DNA of 64,000 bases from Azolla caroliniana (lineage: Eukaryota; Plantae; Polypodiophyta): NCBI GenBank assembly GCA_043228905.1, contig JBHGNT010000002.1:14756001-14820000 (forward strand), read 5' to 3'. Every line of letters begins with the position of its first letter. Position 1 is the first letter of the stretch. Positions 60,501-64,000 of this stretch are shown piece after piece. A program made the translations under genes and the position numbers. The notes beneath the pieces were generated by a model. The model worked only from the letters and a program-made list of their open reading frames with translations, made no database searches and was not told the DNA's origin.

Positions 60501-63481
60501 TGTGATAAACAGATCACCCTCAGTACCCTTGGACGGAGACACGCCACACAGAGTATGGACCGGTAAGGAAGTGTCCTACCGGCATCTGAGGGTGTTTGGG
60601 TGTCTCGCGTACGTGCATGTAGCTAAGGACCGGAGAGGAAAGCTAGATCCAAAGACCCGGCCATGCATATTCCTCGGTTACGGTGACGATGAGTTCGGCT
60701 ACCGAGTGTGGGACCCGGTCGACAAGAAGGTATTCCGGAGTCGAGATATTATCTTCATGGAGGACAAGATGCTCGACGACTGGGAGTCGGAGAAGAAGAT
60801 AATGAACTCCGAGTCGACCGGTAAGGATAGACTCTACGATGAGCAACCCCAACCGGCAAGAGACCGGTTAGCACTCGAGGAACCAGCCGGTTACGGTGAG
60901 GATACCGAACCGGCAGAAGAAGAAGTAGAGGAAGCTGAAACCGGAACCGGTTAAGACCCCGAATTGGATTCGGATGAAGAGCAAATGGAGGAGCCGGTTA
61001 CCGAAGCCCGAAGACGTAGATATCCTCTCAGAGAGAGAAGGGCGCCCCGGAGATTTCCGGATGCAGAGCATGTTCTGCTGACCGATGAGGGGGATCCGGA
61101 AAGCTTCGAAGAAGCGAAGGAAGACACCCACAGCCGAAAATGGTTAAGTGCCATGCAAGATGAGATGGATTCCCTGCATGAGAACCATACGTACGAATTG
61201 GTGGAGCTGCCGAAAGGAAAGCGGGCACTCCGAAACAAGTGGGTGTACAAGTTGAAACCGGGAGATGCCGGCAACCCCCCGAGATACAAAGCCAGGATCG
61301 TGGTGAAGGGGTTCCAACAGAAGAAGGGCGTGGACTTCGACGAGATATTCACCCTGGTAGTAAAGATGACCTCTATCCGGATGGTGCTGAGTATAGCAGC
61401 AAGCATTTACCTCGAGGTAGAGCAGTTGGACGTGAAGACGGCATTCCTTCACGGCGACCTCGAAGAGGAGATCTACATGCAGCAACCGGAAGTATTTGTG
61501 GAGAAAGGGAAGGAGCACTTGGTATGCCAGTTGAAGAAGAGCTTATACGGACTGAAGCAGGCTCCCCGGCAATGGTATCGGAAGTTCGACTCCTTCATGA
61601 CCGATCAAGGGTACCACAAGACGCAGGCCGATCACTGCGTGTTTGTGAAGAAGTTCGAAGGAGGGGACTTCTTGATACTCCTTCTGTACGTGGATGACAT
61701 GTTGATCGTCGGACGTGACCAAGTCAGAATACGGATGCTGAAGAAGGCTCTCAACCGGACCTTCTCAATGAAAGACTTGGGACCGGCAAGACAGATGCTG
61801 GGGATGCACATCATTCGGAACCGGTCAGCGAAGCAATTATGGTTGTCACAGGAGAAGTACGTGACAAAGCTGCTTCACCGGTTCAACATGTCAGATGCGA
61901 AACCGGTCGGATCGACGCTTCCTGCAAACTGCAAGCTATCCGGCAAGCAAAGCCCAAAGATGAAAGCAGAGAAGGCGGATATGATGAAGATCCCATATGC
62001 CTCTGCCGTCGGGAGCCTGATTTTCGCAATGGTGTGTACCCGACCGGATATAGGATACGCAGTTGGAGTGGTGAGCCGATTCATGAGCAATCCCGGCAAG
62101 GAGCACTGGAACGCGGTCAAGTGGATACTCCGGTATTTGAAGGGCACTTCGAATATGTGTCTCCGATTCGGCTCCGGAAAACCTCAACTGGACGGTTTCA
62201 CCGATTCGGACATGTCGGCTGATGTGGATACCAGCCGATCTACATCCGGGTATGTGATGACATATGCAAGGGGAGCTGTTTCGTGGCAGTCCAGGCTGCA
62301 GAAGACGGTTGCATTGTCAACCATGGAGGCGGAGTACATGGCGGTTGTGGAAGCCGGGAAGGAAATTTTATGGATGAAGGACTTCATCGGAGAGCTCGGT
62401 ATACCGCAAGAGGAATACCGACTCTATTGCGACAGTCAAAGTACCATCCACCTTGCTAAAAATGCGGCCTACCATTCCCAGACGAAGCATATCCAGCGGA
62501 GGTATCACTGGATCCGGGAAAGAGTAGATGACCAGGAGTTCGCACTGACGAAGATCCACACGGCCGAGAACGGGTCAGATATGCTGACCAAAGTGCTGAC
62601 ACCCGACAAGCTGGATGCATGTCGGAAGAGAATCGGACTGGTAAGGCACCCCATGCCGGAGTGAAGGGGGAGTTTGTTGGGAGACAGGTCCCTCCGGATG
62701 GGAAGGGAGAAGAACAGTGCCGACAAACAAACTCGGCCGAGGCCGAAACGGTATGAGGAGTACCCGGCTACGGAGAGCCGGATGGTGCAGGCCTGGTGTG
62801 AACCGGATGAGGAGTACCCGGCTACGGAGAGCCGGATGGTGCAGGCCCGGTATGAACCGGATGAGGAGTACCCGGCTACGGAGAACCGGATGACGCAGAC
62901 CCGGTGAAGACCGGATGAGGAGTACCCGGCTACGGAGAGCCGGATGGTGCAGGCCCGGTGAGAACCGGATGAGAAGCACCCGGCTACGGAGAGCCGGATG
63001 ACGCAGACCCGGTGAGAACCGGAGGAAGAGACATATTCGTAAATACGTTTCTGAGAGCCCATTGAGGCTATATTTGTAAATAGCCGAAAAGTCATATTAG
63101 TATAAATATGACTTAGGGCAAACTTTTAGTTGTTGCTGTTATTTTCTTTTGTTGGTGCAAGAAGAAGAGTGAGCGCGTAACTGTACAGGGAGAGCGAGAG
63201 AGAGAACGAGGTCGTTGCCTCTGTTGTAACCGCTGCCTGTGGCGAAGATCGTGAGCACGAGGTCGTTGCCTACGTGAACTCACTGTTTGTACATTCTTAC
63301 ATAGTGACAGTTTGCAGCCTGTGGACTGCCGTGGTTTTTTCCCTTAGTTTGGGGTTTTCCACGTAAACCTCCTGTGTATCTTCCTCTTCTTTGTGTCGTG
63401 TTCTATTTCCCGTTTTCCGTGTATCATTCTAAGCTCGGTTGAGGCCGAGCGTTGCGCATAAGGAACGATCAGTTCCCGTCA
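57556..63481 (+). mobile_element. Copia family 1, copy H (gag type 2), full length and young, with an aberrant 240-bp 5' extension
   Basis: TSD CCTTA (57551-57555 / 63482-63486); 807-bp LTRs 57796-58602 and 62675-63481 differing at about a dozen sites by eye; PBS 58605-58616; PPT 62664-62672. Confidence 0.96.
58633..62664 (+). pseudogene. Full-length gag-pol of H with a single in-frame stop (TAA 60952-60954)
   Basis: ORFs 58573-60954 and 60964-62664 are in one frame; F has CAA at this codon; all copia domains present. Confidence 0.94.
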
Positions 63482-64000
63482 CCTTAGACTGTGGGCTAGC
63501 GCACACACCATTACTCATGCCTATGTTCTTAAGGATTACAGACAAACGGTAGATTAACCACAGGTACGCACAAATATCACAGAAGATAGAACTCTATTAC
63601 AATACGCCTTTTACATTCAAAATTACACGCTGCCTCTATCGGAGGTTTTCTGCCCTTTATATACGCAGGGTCTTTTAGCCGTTCACGCTTCCCGCGTGAA
63701 CTGTTACATGCGTTACAATATTATTCTATTCCATATTACTACGCTCTTGTCTGTCGGTTACTATTCCGGCGGACAACACTTGGCATGCCTATGGGAGAGT
63801 GTCATGCCACGTCGGACCATCCCTTTAATCATCCTCCAAAATGGCCCTAATGTTTGGTTCTGCTACGGTGTCTGTGTCCGGGGATGGCATAGGGCCCGTA
63901 GGCGCGTCGTTGTGTGGTTCCCCTGCTTGGTCGGGAGGGCTTCTCATGGTGTCGCGGTCATCCTGTGTGGGCGATCTGGGTTCTGTGGGCTCTTCTTGGG

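Larger units (their letters stand above)
57350..64000 (-). mobile_element. B-related LTR (N), split by copia H: 57350-57555 and 63487 to the window end
   Basis: TGTCGCGAAGAT is the reverse complement of the B LTR end ATCTTCGCGACA; continuity implied by the CCTTA TSD of H; TATATAAAGGG on the minus strand near 63660. Confidence 0.6.

Overview
Gene-free, repeat-dense plant DNA made almost entirely of nested LTR retrotransposons. A non-seed land plant is likely; this is inferred from a Tcn1-like chromovirus and the other lineages present. No host gene, rRNA, tRNA or CRISPR array is supported. By matching LTR termini, PBS/PPT and target-site duplications (TSDs) by eye I resolve the following. (1) Copia family 1 (Tnt1/Tork-like; copies A, C, D, F, H), whose pol is near-identical across copies but which carries two very different capsid/gag modules. 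(2) Copia family 2 (copies J, K, X, Y, E), with a duplicated PPT and an in-frame pol C-terminal extension. (3) A tRNA-Trp-primed gypsy-type group (B, S, M, N) that appears to make 4-bp TSDs and includes a pol-less gag-only element. (4) A non-chromovirus gypsy (G) whose integrase runs into a long coiled coil. (5) Two chromovirus remnants. One copia gag is split by a ~40.8-kb, up to 7-level-deep nest (11658-52435). The most unusual structure is copia H (57556-63481): inside a perfect CCTTA TSD it begins with 61 bp of U3, then a copy of its own pol end and PPT, before the true 5' LTR. This looks like a fossil plus-strand template switch. Letters A-Y are my labels. Percent identities are by-eye estimates.
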